From: Pecten maximus
Taxonomy: Eukaryota
DNA length: 64,000 nt
Reading direction: 5' to 3'
Assembly: GCF_902652985.1 (NCBI RefSeq)
Contig: NC_047017.1
Span: 17,174,001-17,238,000, forward strand
The first letter of the stretch is position 1, and every line of letters begins with the position of its first letter. Below the pieces are notes generated by a model. It did not search any database. It was not told the origin of the DNA and worked only from the letters and a program-made list of their open reading frames with translations. Positions 27,701 to 40,085 of this stretch are shown here, piece after piece. Both the position numbers and the translations under genes were made by a program.

Positions 27701-30700
27701 ATTTATACATTACAGCTATGTGAGGGTACTGACCCACTGTGTGGTACTACTGTTGTATATTTATACATTACAGCTATGTGAGGGTACTGACCCCACTGTG
27801 TGGTACTACTGTTGTATATTTATACATTACAGCTATGTGAGGGTACTGGCCCACTGTGTGGTACTTCTAGTACTGTTGTATATTTATACATTACAGCTAT
27901 GTGAGGGTACTGGCCCCACTGTGTGGTACTACTGTTGTATATTTATACATTACAGCTATGTGAGGGTACTGACCCACTGTGTGGTACTACTGTTGTATAT
28001 TTATACATTACAGCTATGTGAGGGTACTGGCCCCACTATGTGGTACTACTGTTGTATATTTATACAGCTATGTGAGGGTACTGGCCCCACTGTGTGGTAC
28101 TACTGTTGTATATTGATACATTACAGCTATGTTAGGGTACTGGCCCACTGTGTGGTACTACTGTTGTATATTCATACATTACAGCTATGTGAGGGTACTG
28201 GCCCACTGTGTGGTACTACTGTTGTATATTCATACATTACAGCTATGTGAGGGTACTGGCCCACTGTGTGGTACTACTGTTGTATATTTATACATTACAG
28301 CTATGTGAGGGTACTGGCCCACTGTGTGGTATTACTGTTTTATATTTATATATTACAGCTATGTGAGGGTACTGGCCCACTGTGTGGTACTACTGTTGTA
28401 TATTTATACATTACAGCTATGTGAGGGTACTGGCCCACTGTGTGGTATTACTGTTTTATATTTATATATTACAGCTATGTGAGGGTACTGGCCCCACTGT
28501 GTGGTACTACTGTTGTATATTTATACATTACAGCTATGTGAGGGTACTGACCCACTGTGTGGTACTACTGTTGTATATTTATACATTACAGCTATGTGAG
28601 GGTACTGGCCCACTGTGTGGTACTACTGTTGTATATTTATACAGCTATGTGAGGGTACTGGCCCACTGTGTGGTACTACTGTTGTATATTTATATATTAC
28701 AGCTATGTGAGGGTACTGGCCCCACTGTGTGGTACTACTGTTGTATATTTATACATTACAGCTATGTGAGGGTACTGGCCCCACTGTGTGGTACTACTGT
28801 TGTATATTTATACATTACAGCTACGTGAGGGTACTGACCCACTGTGTGGTACTACTGTTGTATATTTATACATTACAGCTATGTGAGGGTACTGACCCCA
28901 CTGTGTGGTACTACTGTTGTATATTTTTACATTACAGCTATGTGAGGGTACTGGCCCCACTGTGTGGTACTACTGTTGTATATTTTTACATTACAGCTAT
29001 GTGAGGGTACTGGCCCACTGTGTGGTACTACTGTTGTATATTTATACAGCTATGTGAGGGTACTGGCCCACTGTGTGGTACTACTGTTGTATATTTATAC
29101 ATTACAGCTATGTGAGGGTACTGGCCCCACTGTGTGGTATTACTGTTGTATATTTATACAGCTATGTGAGGGTACTGGCCCACTGTGTGGTACTACTGTT
29201 GTATATTTATACATTACAGCTATGTGAGGGTACTGGCCCACTGTGTGGTACTACTGTTGTATATTTATACATTACAGCTATGTGAGGGTACTGGCCCCAC
29301 TGTGTGGTACTACTGTTGTATATTTATACATTACAGCTATGTGAGGGTACTGGCCCACTGTGTGGTACTTCTAGTACTGTTGTATATTTATACATTACAG
29401 CTATGTGAGGGTACTGACCCACTGTGTGGTACTACTGTTGTATATTTTTACATTACAGCTATGTGAGGGTACTGGCCCACTGTGTGGTACTACTGTTGTA
29501 TATTTATACATTACAGCTATGTGAGGGTACTGGCCCACTGTGTGGTACTACTGTTGTATATTTATACATTACAGCTATGTGAGGGTACTGGCCCCACTGT
29601 GTGGTACTACTGTTGTATATTTATACATTACAGCTATGTGAGGGTACTGGCCCCACTGTGTGGTACTACTGTTGTATATTTATACATTACAGCTATGTGA
29701 GGGTACTGGCCCACTGTGTGGTACTTCTAGTACTGTTGTATATTTATACATTACAGCTATGTGAGGGTACTGGCCCACTACCCCTATGTGGTACTACTGG
29801 CAGTGTTTGTGGTGGTGGCCACCTGCCTCATTCTCTCCACAACAGTCATTCAGCTCCCAGATTTTGGAGACCCTATGGCAGTAAGTACATTAGATTTTCT
29901 ATAAAAAAAAAACCTACTGTTACTGATCTGTTCAGCAAATTAGAAATGGATTTCATATGGTTGATCCCTAGGACCATTATTTGTTTATAACTGAATGTGT
30001 TAACTTCATGTCATGAATAGGGAAGGATCTTAAAAAAAATAGAATCCAAAGGAAGGTTGAACAATTTGAAATAATTATGAACTTCTTGATCAAGGGGATG
30101 TAGTTTTGTATCTGTAAAAGTGAGCTTTTCTTAAACAAAAATATGTGGCCCAGTAAAAAAATAGTGATTTGTTTTGAAAAGACTGATTCTTGAAAAAATC
30201 TTGTTTGAAATTCCCTTTTTCATATTTAATGAATAAATTAAATTTGCTTTTAGCATCCTTAATCCGAGAATTACTGAACTGTTTGATTTGTGGCATGTCC
30301 TTAACTGATGTATTTAATTTCTTCATAAAAAAAGATATTTTCCAGTTAAAAAGGGAAGCAATAATGCATTCAGCCTGTTGGGCGTACTGAGTTAACAGTC
30401 TTAGAATACAATTCTAAAGTTTCTCTGTAGAAAAAATATATCCTTTCTAAATCACTTGCTCGGGAATATATACTCACATTGGTACTATGACAGGGGTTTG
30501 AGCCACGTGGTACAGACCTAGGAGAGCGGCTGGTTACCTTCCACAATGTCATGTACAACCCTAACAACAAGCTCAGCCTGCTGCCATTTGGAGCCGGATT
30601 TGAGGACCAGATTGAGGACCAGATCACGGATAAGACTGACAATGACACTGAGCTCTGGGACGAGCAGGGATATGTCAAACGTAGCACAAAAAGAACCACT

Positions 30701-33700
30701 CTTTGTAACCTGCCAGGTAAATACATGTACTAACATAATTCAGGTAAAAATGTAGTAATACGATAATTCTACAGGTCTCGGCTTCATGCATGTTCCCTGC
30801 ATTCAAAAATTAATTCGCTTAAAATTTTCCATTTGAAAACGTTATTTGATTGACAGAAGAAATCTTAAATAAAAAAAACTTTCCATTAATTATTCAAAGC
30901 TTTCCTTTTGAAAATTTTAGGTCAAAGAATTTCCTTCAGTTAATGTGCCTGTAGTTCATATATTACACCACTGGTGAATATATGTACCCTCAGATATGCC
31001 CACTCAATACATACCATATTTATCCTCAAATATGCCCACTCAATACATACCATATTTATCCTCAAATATGCCCACTCAATACATACCATATTTAGCCTCA
31101 AATATGATCCCTCAATACATACCATATTTAGCCTCAAACAACCCCCCTCCCCTAGTGTTTAAGTTTGGTGAGGGCTTATTTGTAAAGTATTTTAAGCTGC
31201 TTATTTTTAGATGATTCTGAAAGAACAAGCATACTTGGTATTGCTAAAGCAATATATGTACCCTACTGGCTTCCGCTGAAAATATTAACAGTGATCTTGA
31301 CCTTGACCTTGACCCTGCTACTCACACTGAAGTTACATACAAACTTTCACCAACATTACCTTGAATCATGGCTGAGAAAAAGGGGACTAATAATTTTTTT
31401 TTTTTTGTGGGAAGGGGCTGAATTGCAGATAATTGCAATAAACCCACAGATACAACCACTCCTTGTAAAAATCCAGGTAAATGTAAATACAGTGTACAGG
31501 TAAGACACTGTTAAAGAAGCCAACACACCCGCACATAAAAGAAACACACTTATAAAGAATAAGACGTTCTGATCCATATTTGTTATATTCTTTCAGTAAA
31601 GATATTATTTAAGCTGCTTATAATTATTTGTGAACTTTTCCGTCTCTGTTATAGATAAGGACTACCGTGGATTGGCAAGAATTGTGTTCAGGAGTAAAGA
31701 TGGCAGCAATCTTTTCTCAGCAGACAAGATTCGACATATGTGTCGTGTCGAGGAGGAACGCATTCACACACACCCTACATACCCAGGTATGTGTCTGAGA
31801 GCCAACGATGACAGCTGCTGTCGAAGCTGGTCTTTAGGGAACTATATTGCTTTCCTGACGGGTCACGAGAATTGCTCTGAGATAAGAGATGAGGATGTGA
31901 GCAAGGTGGGACGTTTGTTGCAGAGTTGTGCTCCATTCTATCACAACTACACTCTGAAACACAACTGTGACACACTTAAACGGGGAGCCAAGCGATATAT
32001 CTGCCAAAACATGCCTAAGAAATGTATGAGACTTAACACTGTGTATGACATATTCCACTACATAGCAGATGTTGAGTTCCTACCAGCTAACAACAAGGTG
32101 TCGCGGCCAGTGCTGAGTTGGGCAGTGACTTTTCTGCCTGTGTATGCAAAAGAGAACACTGTGGAGCTTTATAAACATATGGAGGAATGGACAGAATCTC
32201 TAGAGGAAGTTCAGATTGTTGGGGTGAACTTTGGCATCAAGTACGTGCTATTTAGCGAGTATTTGATGTCAGATACTGTATGGCTGGTGTCGGCTGCCTG
32301 TGTGATCTTCCTCATCATCTGGCTGTATTGTGCTTCTCTGTTTATCACTATAATGACTTTCCTCATGATGTTCTGGTCATTAGAGCTGGCCTACTTCATT
32401 TACATGCTTGTGTTCGAGATCAAGTTCTTTCCTTACATGAACCTGGTCACAGTAATCATTGTGATTGCGATCGGTGCTGATGATGTCTTCATATATAGTA
32501 AAGTGTGGCATTTGGCAAAGTCGGAGCCAAACAATGGGACACTGGAAAAAATTGTATCCAACACACTCAAGCACGCGACTTTATCGATGTTTGTGACAAG
32601 TTTTACGACTGCGGCAGCTTTGTTTACAACCACAATAAGCTCCATCACGGCCATCAAGTGTTTCAGTATCTACGCTGGTCTGACTGTCGTCTGCAACTTT
32701 GTTTTGGTGGTGACATGGCTGCCTGCTTCTATCATCATCCATGACAAGTGGTGCAACTGTGAAGCCTGGTACAACCCCGAGTTCCTCACCAACAAAGGAA
32801 TCTGCTACTACATGTGTATAGTTCCGTATAAAGTACACGACCAGTTCTCGGAATGGTCAAAGATACTCTTTGAAAAAGTAGTACCCTTCATCATGATAAA
32901 ATTACGAATCCTTTGGATTGTGTTATTGGGAGGAATAGGAATTGGTGGCATAATTGTGATATTTTTTTACCCAAAATTAAAACTGCCGTCTTCTGAAAAA
33001 TTCCAAGTGTTTTCCTCTGATCATCTGTTTGAACATTACGATTTTGTGCTGAACAGTAAATTTTGGTTTGAGCGAGAACACACCGAGCACAGATCATTGT
33101 TGCCATTGACGATAGTGTGGGGTGTCCTACCCATAGACAATGGTAACAGTCTCGATCCTTATGACAAAGGAGACTTGAAGTTCGATTACAGTTTTAATCC
33201 TTTAACATCTAATGCACAAAAATGGTTTCTAAATTTTTGTAAGAAAATAAGACAGACAGATTTTTACTTTGACCTACCTGGCTTCCAGTTCACAAACTGT
33301 ATGTTTGAGGATTTTCAGGCCCTGATGAAAAGACCCTGTATTGACTACATGCAGGGTATAGACCACAGCCCCTGTTGTAATGCGACTGAAAGCCAGCCGC
33401 TGTCTTCCACATCAATGCTCCAGTGTCTGACTGAGTACATTCCAGTTCTGAGGACAACTCCTGGTGTCCGCTACAACTTCTACACCCCAGGCCTCAGATT
33501 TTACAATGGTAGAATATGTGCCTTCATTGTACAGTTCTTGAGTAACGAAACTTTTTCATTTGCTTATGACAGAATCAATGTTTTTTATAAGAAAGTCAAC
33601 AGTTGGGTGAAACAGGAACTATCGACAGCCCCACCTGAAATAAAAAATGGCTGGTTCATCAGTGACTTTGAATTTTATGACCTTCAAAACAGTCTACTTG

Positions 33701-34611
33701 GGGAGACCCCACTGGCGTTTGGTGTGTCACTGGCTGTCGTGTCTGTTGTTGCATTTCTAACAACGTTAAACTTGTTGATAAGTTTCCTGGCCATTTTGAG
33801 TATTGCGTTTGTGATGTTTACTACTGTGGCAGCCCTGGTGCTGCTGGGATGGGACCTTAACATTCTAGAGTCAGTGGTTGTCACCGTGGCCATTGGCATG
33901 TCAATAGACTACACACTCCATTATGGTGTATCCTACCAACTGTGCCCCGACTTCGACCGAAAGACACGAGTTTCCACTTCTGTAGCAAGACTCGGAAATG
34001 TTATCTCCATGGCTGCTTTGACAACATTCCTCGCAGGTGCCATGATGATGCCATCCACAGTGCTTGTTTACCAGAAGTTTGGCATTTTCCTTATGCTCAT
34101 CATATCAATCAGTTGGACCTACTCCACATTTTTTTTCCAAGGCCTGCTGTGCGTTTGTGGGCCTACCAAGGGTTTCACCCAGTTACACTGGCCTTCCAGT
34201 GAATGTTGCTCAAATTCTGTACCAGATCGTCGAGACAAGACTCGTTATTCCACATCAGAGTCCACCATGTCAACTTCAAGCAGCTATCACCACACAACGA
34301 GTAGTGAGAGTCATGAGATGGAACCACTGACAGATGATTACAGACGTCGATACTCCAGTCGCTCACGTCCAAGCTACAGTCGCACAATTATGGCCGCTGA
34401 TTACAGCCCGGAACATCCGCGGCGTGGCAGCCATGTTCGTTTCTCCATCGATAGTGTGGACAAATCTGTATCCGTGTTTGATCCAGAAGATGAGCTGGCT
34501 CATGCACAACGCTGTCGATCAAGAGCGGAATCAGAGGTGTTTTTAGAAGACGAAGAATTAGAATCTCCAACAAATGAAACAAACGATAAACATAAGGACT
34601 CAGGGTCTTGA
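24770..34611 (+). CDS. DISP1: Dispatched homolog (RND/SSD family Hedgehog exporter), 4 coding exons: join(24770..24774,29757..29880,30494..30716,31655..34611), ~1102 aa
   Basis: Manual splicing with GT-AG and consistent phases (2,0,1) gives MSYVRVLAHYPYVVLLAVFVVVATCLILSTTVIQLPDFGDPMA|GFEPRGTDLGERLVTF...LCNLP|DKDYRGLARIVF...CCRSWSLGNYIA. This matches the Dispatched signatures LPDFxDP/GFEPRGT and CCxSWxLGNYIA. TM4 GADDVF (32473-) and TM10 GMSIDY (33895-) carry the conserved acidic residues. Confidence 0.93.
24853..29799 (+). repeat. Intronic minisatellite, 58-bp unit (53-64-bp variants), ~85 copies, derived from the Dispatched intron1/exon2 junction
   Basis: ctatgtgagggtactggcccactgtgtggtactactg + ttgtatatttatacattacag; the last copy runs directly into coding exon 2. 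Confidence 0.97.
29757..29880 (+). CDS. DISP1: Dispatched exon 2 (TM1 and LPDFGDP motif)
   Basis: ttacag|C TAT GTG...ATG GCA|gtaagt; encodes YVRVLAHYPYVVLLAVFVVVATCLILSTTVIQLPDFGDPMA. Confidence 0.92.
30494..30716 (+). CDS. DISP1: Dispatched exon 3 (start of extracellular domain 1)
   Basis: cag|GGG TTT GAG CCA CGT GGT (GFEPRGT)...CTG CCA G|gtaaat. Confidence 0.93.
30988..31138. repeat. Minisatellite, 36-bp unit, ~4 copies (Dispatched intron 3)
   Basis: cctcaaatatgcccactcaatacataccatatttat. Confidence 0.9.
31224..31393 (-). mobile_element. Internally deleted HINE-like element in Dispatched intron 3
   Basis: aacaag..gtattgctaaagcaata hairpin at one end and aggggactaataa at the other; related to 5909-6184. 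Confidence 0.55.
31655..34611 (+). CDS. DISP1: Dispatched terminal exon (ECD1, sterol-sensing domain TM2-6, ECD2, TM7-12, C-tail)
   Basis: The 993-aa ORF 31630..34611 is entered at tctctgttatag|AT (phase 1). It has multiple TM helices plus GADD and GxxIDY motifs. Confidence 0.96.
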
Positions 34612-34933
34612 TGCTGATTATATAACCATATAGCACACATCGACGTGTGTCTTACCTCAATCTGTTCCAATACCAAACATAGAATCTCAGGTCACTCTGT
34701 ATACCGCTACTCTATTGTATCAGCATTATATATCACAAATATATATATTTAAATCTTTTCTTCAAACTGAACTCATTGTGAGAGATATTTGAACATTTTT
34801 TTTACTGTTTATCATAAAAAAAATTCCCGTTGAAGTTTTTGTAGATCAAAGTGCTGCGTCTTCCTTAGATATGTGCTCAAAATGGAAACAAGACATATTG
34901 CAAAAAGGCTTTTTGTGTTAGTATGAACAGCAA

Positions 34934-37486
34934 AGGGAATGTTGTGTTAGGACATACTGTGAGGGGTTTGTGTTAAAACATACTGTGAGGGGTTTGACTG
35001 TGAGGGGTTTGTTGTGTTAGGACATACTGTGAGGGGTTTGACTGTGAGGGGTTTGTTGTGTTAGGACATACTGTGAGGGGTTTGTTGTGTTAGGACATAC
35101 TGTGAGGGGTTTGTTGTGTTAGGAATACTGTGAGGGGTTTGTGTTAGGACATACTGTGAGGGGTTTGTTGTGTTAGGACATACTGTGAGGGGTTTGTTGT
35201 GTTAGGACATACTGTGAGGGTTTGTTGTGTTAGGAATACTGTGAGGGGTTTGTCTTAGGACATACTGTGAGAGGTTTGTTGTGTTAGGACATACTGTGAG
35301 GGGTTTGTGTTAGGACATACTGTGATGGGCATGTTGTATAAGGACATACTAAGAGGTGTTGTGTTAGGACATACTGTGATGAGTTTGTTGTGTTAGGACA
35401 TACTGTGAGGGGAATGTTGTGTTAGGACAAACTGTGAGGGGTTTGTTGTGTTAGGAATACTGTGAGGGGTTTGTTGTGTTAGGACATACTGTGAGGGGTT
35501 TGTTGTGTTAGGAATACTGTGAGGGGTTTGTTGTGTTAGGAATACTGGGAGGGGTTTGTTGTGTTAGGACATACTGTGAGGGGTTTGTGTTAGGACAAAC
35601 TGTGAGGGGTTTGTTGTGTTAGGAATACTGTGAGGGGTTTGTTGTGTTAGGACATACTGTGAGGGGTTTGTTGTGTTAGGACATACTGAGGGGCATGTTG
35701 TGTTAGGACATACTGTGAGGGGTTTGACTGTGAGGGGTTTGTTGTGTTAGGAATATTGTGAGGGGTTTGTTGTGTTAGGACATACTGAGGGGCATGTTGT
35801 GTTAGGACATACTGTGAGGGGTTTGACTGTGAGGGGTTTGTTGTGTTAGGACATGCTGTGAGGGGTTTGTGTTAGGACATATTGTGAGGGGTTTGACTGT
35901 GAGGGGCATGTTGTGTTAGGACATACTGTGAGGGGTTTGACTGTGAGGGGTTTGTTGTGTTAGGACATACTGTGGGGGGTTTGTTGTGTTAGGACATACT
36001 GTGAGGGGCATATTGTGTTAGGAATACTGTGATGGGCATGTTGTGTTAGGACATACTATGAGGGGCATATTGTGTTAGGACATACTGTGAGTGGCATGTT
36101 GTGTTAGGACATACTGTGAGGGGCATGTTGTGTTAGGAATACTGTGAGGGGCATGTTGTGTTGGGACATACTGTGAGGGGTATGTTGTGTTAGGACATAC
36201 TGTGAGGGGCATGTTGTGTTAGGACATACTGTGAGGGGCATGTTGTGTTAGGACATACTGTGAGGGGCATGTTGTGTTAGGACATACTGTGAGGGGCATG
36301 TTGTGTTAGGGTGTTAGGACATACTGTGAAAGGTTTGTTGTGTTAGGACATACTGTGAGGGGCATGTTGTGTTAGGACATACTGTGAGGGGCATGTTGTG
36401 TTGGGACATACTGTGAGGGGCATGTTGTGTTAGGGGTGTTAGGACATACTGTGAGGGGCATGTTGTGTTAGGACATACTGTGAGGGGCATGTTTGTGTTA
36501 GGAATACTGTGAGGGGTTTGTTGTGTTAGAAATACTGTGAGGGGCATGTTGTGTTAGGACATACTGTGAGGGGCATGTTGTGTTAGGACATACTGTGAGG
36601 GGCATGTTGTGTTAGGGTGTTAGGACATACTGTGAGGGGCATGTTGTGTTAGGACATACTGTGAGGGGCATGTTGTGTTAGGGTGTTAGGACATACTGTG
36701 AAAGGTTTGTTGTGTTAGGACATACTGTGAGGGGCATGTTGTGTTAGGACATACTGTGAGGGGCATGTTGTGTTAGGACATACTGTGAGGGGCATGTTGT
36801 GTTAGGGTGTTAGGACATACTGTGAGGGGCATGTTGTGTTAGGACATACTGTGAGGGGCATGTTGTGTTAGGAATACTGTGAGGGGTTTGTTGTGTTAGA
36901 AATACTGTGAGGGGCATGTTGTGTTAGGACATACTGTGAGGGGCATGTTGTGTTAGGACATACTGTGAGGGGCATGTTGTGTTAGGACATACTGTGAGGA
37001 ACATGTTGTGTTGGGACATGCTGTGAGGGGTTTGTTGTGTTAGGACATACTGTGAGGGGTTTGTTGTGTTAGGACATACTGTGAGGGGTTTGTTGTGTTA
37101 GGAATACTGTGAGGGGCATGTTGTGTTAGGAATACTGTGAGGGGCATGTTGTGTTAGGAAATAATGTAAGGGGCATGTTGTGTTAGGAATACTGTGAGGG
37201 GCATGTTGTGTTAGGACACACTGTGAGGGGTTTGTTGTGTTAGGAATACTGTGAGGGGCATGTTGTGTTAGGACATACTGTGAGGGGCATGTTGTGTTAG
37301 GACATACGGTGAGCTGCATGTTGTGTTAGGACATACTGTGAGGGGCATGTTGTGTTAGGACATACTGTGAGAGGTTTGTTGTGTTAGGACAGACTGTGAG
37401 GGGTTTGTTGTGTTAGGACATACTGTGAGGGGTTTGTTGTGTTAGGACATACTGTGAGGGGTTTGTTGTGTTAGGACATACTGTGA
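34934..37486 (+). repeat. Minisatellite, 29-bp unit, ~88 copies, probably within the Dispatched 3' UTR
   Basis: gttgtgttaggacatactgtgagggg(ttt/cat). Confidence 0.97.
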
Positions 37487-39740
37487 AGCATTTAGTAGTA
37501 GGACACTTGTTGTAGATTCTATTTTTACCTGTGATAAGTCCGGGGTGTGTTGGTAGAAAGGGGGTCATATATATTGTTCTGTCTATCGCTGAATTCAAAC
37601 AGGGGTGGGGTTTGAAATAGATTGAACACATGTAAATATATTAATTTTAGTGTTTTATAATTCTCATTCCATATGTACATAGATCCTATTAAAATATTCT
37701 ACATCTTTTATGACTCACTATATACAGATCTTCAAAGAACATCATTTTATTTCATTTTAAGTGATATGATATTTTTGTAGATCCTATTGTTGATGTACAT
37801 GTATATACATTCGTATCTGGATATACAAAGTGTACATATATATGTGGTCGGAGTATCGGTATATACATATATATATGGCCGGTAATTTATTTGCATATTT
37901 TTGGAATTTATAAAACCGGTCTAGTAAAAATCTACATATTATATAGAAATTGGACTATAATATTACATTAATATACAGTATTACTAACAGACTAAAAGAG
38001 ATGTCACTTGGCCCAGAATATCTGGCCCGATTAGTATTAGTTAATAGATCTCAATTTTTGAAATACAAATGTATACATATTTTTTAATCCACATATTAAA
38101 TAAATGTGCAAATGTCTGTTTCACATTCTGTTGTATAATCATATACTGAAATTAAACAATTAAGAACGGATCTCTTGAAACACTTAGGTGTAACTTATTT
38201 TAAATTGAGAATTACAATCATGTGTTCAATTACCCAATGAAAACTTGCAATCAACATTTACCTAAAATTTTCATTAAGTGTTTAGGTCAATGTGATTGGT
38301 TGTAACCTTGTTGAATTATAAGTTGTTTTAAGAAAAATTTACATTTTAGGTATGATGTTTGGGGTAGGAAAGTCAAATTTGGAATAAATATGGTCTTGAT
38401 TCGACAGGTTTACATGCTAGAACAAAGTTGGTTTAGGCAGGTGTCCGTATTAGGGAGTAGTAATCTACAAGAATCTGATACCTCCAGAATTGAAATTGAG
38501 ATGTAATACAGAGATTAAAAATAAATTAAAAATTACATAAAACATTGAAGAGGTTTGATACCCTCAGAAACGTCAATCTCTGCATGGATGGTAATTAAGG
38601 ACAGCTCAAAATAACCAACAAGTGATATATATATATATTCTATATAGATAACCCATTTTTGGTTTGAGTTAAAGAATTTTGACTCTTTGATTATCAAAAA
38701 GAATTTTGACCTTTTGATCGTCAATATTCATGGTAAAAGAAGATATTTTCATGACAGTTTTTTTATATTTATATTGAAGGTACTAAATCATACAGTGGAA
38801 AAATAATGTATATGTAAACTTAATCACATAAAATTTTAAGTGCAAATATGTGTGTTTTGCTGTAATAGTTTAAACTATCGTGGCAGGTATTTCATTTGTC
38901 AAGGACTCAATTATTTATACAACAAAACTGTACTGACTTTAATGGTACAGTAAAGAATGATTAAATCCTTGATAGGCCTATTTCAGTAATTTTCTATGTG
39001 AGGCTTTCCTGTATGCAAGTTTGTTGAAAGAAAGGTGCTTACCCTCTGAGGTATATAATGATAGTATTTAATGATAATTATTATTTTTAATTACAAAAAA
39101 AGTGTGAGATACAATAGTGCCAAGTGTTAATTTTGTTTGTCCCCGATGAAGCTATAGTCTATATGTTAATATCTTGATACCCAGAAAATTCTCTTAATTA
39201 TATTTCTGTGCTTAAAGTTCATGGTTCTTATTTTTACCGTGGTATATGTGCAATTTTTGAAATATTCGGACAATTTATGTCTTTTAATTATGTCGTTTGT
39301 CTTTGTAGTCATTGTGCACTTTTTACATGCTTCTTTGTAATGTAATGTTTAAAGACACTTCATGGCTTTTAACTTTTATAATAATTTGAATGCGAGTCTT
39401 ACTGACAGATAAAACATGACTGTGCTTGCTTACCTAAGATGAGAAGACACAATTTGAGAATATAATACATTGTTATAGGTAATAGGCAGAGTTTTTATAT
39501 ATATATAAATATGACATACTCCAGACAATATGTACAATTTATGAGTTTGTAGTATTTGATTGGTATTCATTACATAAAGGTGCAAAATGGCATCAGATTC
39601 TTTACTTGCTATTAATACACATTTATCATAGATAGTTAGTTAGAAATGCTTTATAGATTTTTATAATAATTATATTTGATTAACACTGATGAAGATTACA
39701 TACAAACTGAGCGAAGATTGTTATGACACTTGTGTTCCAA

Positions 39741-40085
39741 GAATGTGAGGTCACATTAGGCCAAACCTAAGTAATGTTTAGTTTCACTCTGTCATCTAAA
39801 CAAGAAGTGTTGGGTTGCATTAGTCCATTTGGCCTAACCTATATAATGTTTAGTTCACTATGTCATCTGAATAAGAATGTGGTGTCACATTAGGCCAAAC
39901 CCTAAATAATGTTTAGTTTTACTCTGTCATCTAAATGAAAATGTGGGTTCACACTAGGCCAAACATAAATAATTCATAGTTTCACTCTGTCATCTGAATA
40001 AGAAATGTGGGGTTGCATTAGGCCAAACCCAAATAATGTTTAGTTTCACTCGTTAGACAAAACCAAAATAATGTTAAGTGTCACT
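39741..40085. repeat. Degenerate tandem repeat, ~62-bp unit, ~5 copies
   Basis: tgtggggtcacattaggccaaacctaaataatgtttagtttcactctgtcatct.. Confidence 0.8.

Noticed and set aside
24807-29990. Many Cys/Tyr-rich ORFs
   Set aside because: Products of the 58-bp array. Only 29757-29880 is coding.
31630-31654. ORF-track start MNFSVSVI of the 993-aa ORF
   Set aside because: The GTG start lies in the intron's pyrimidine tract; the exon begins at 31655.
31775-34636. Small antisense and alternate-frame ORFs
   Set aside because: Shadows of the Dispatched coding exon.
36314-37631. Minus-strand ORFs (CPNTTCPSQY repeats)
   Set aside because: Derived from the 29-bp minisatellite.
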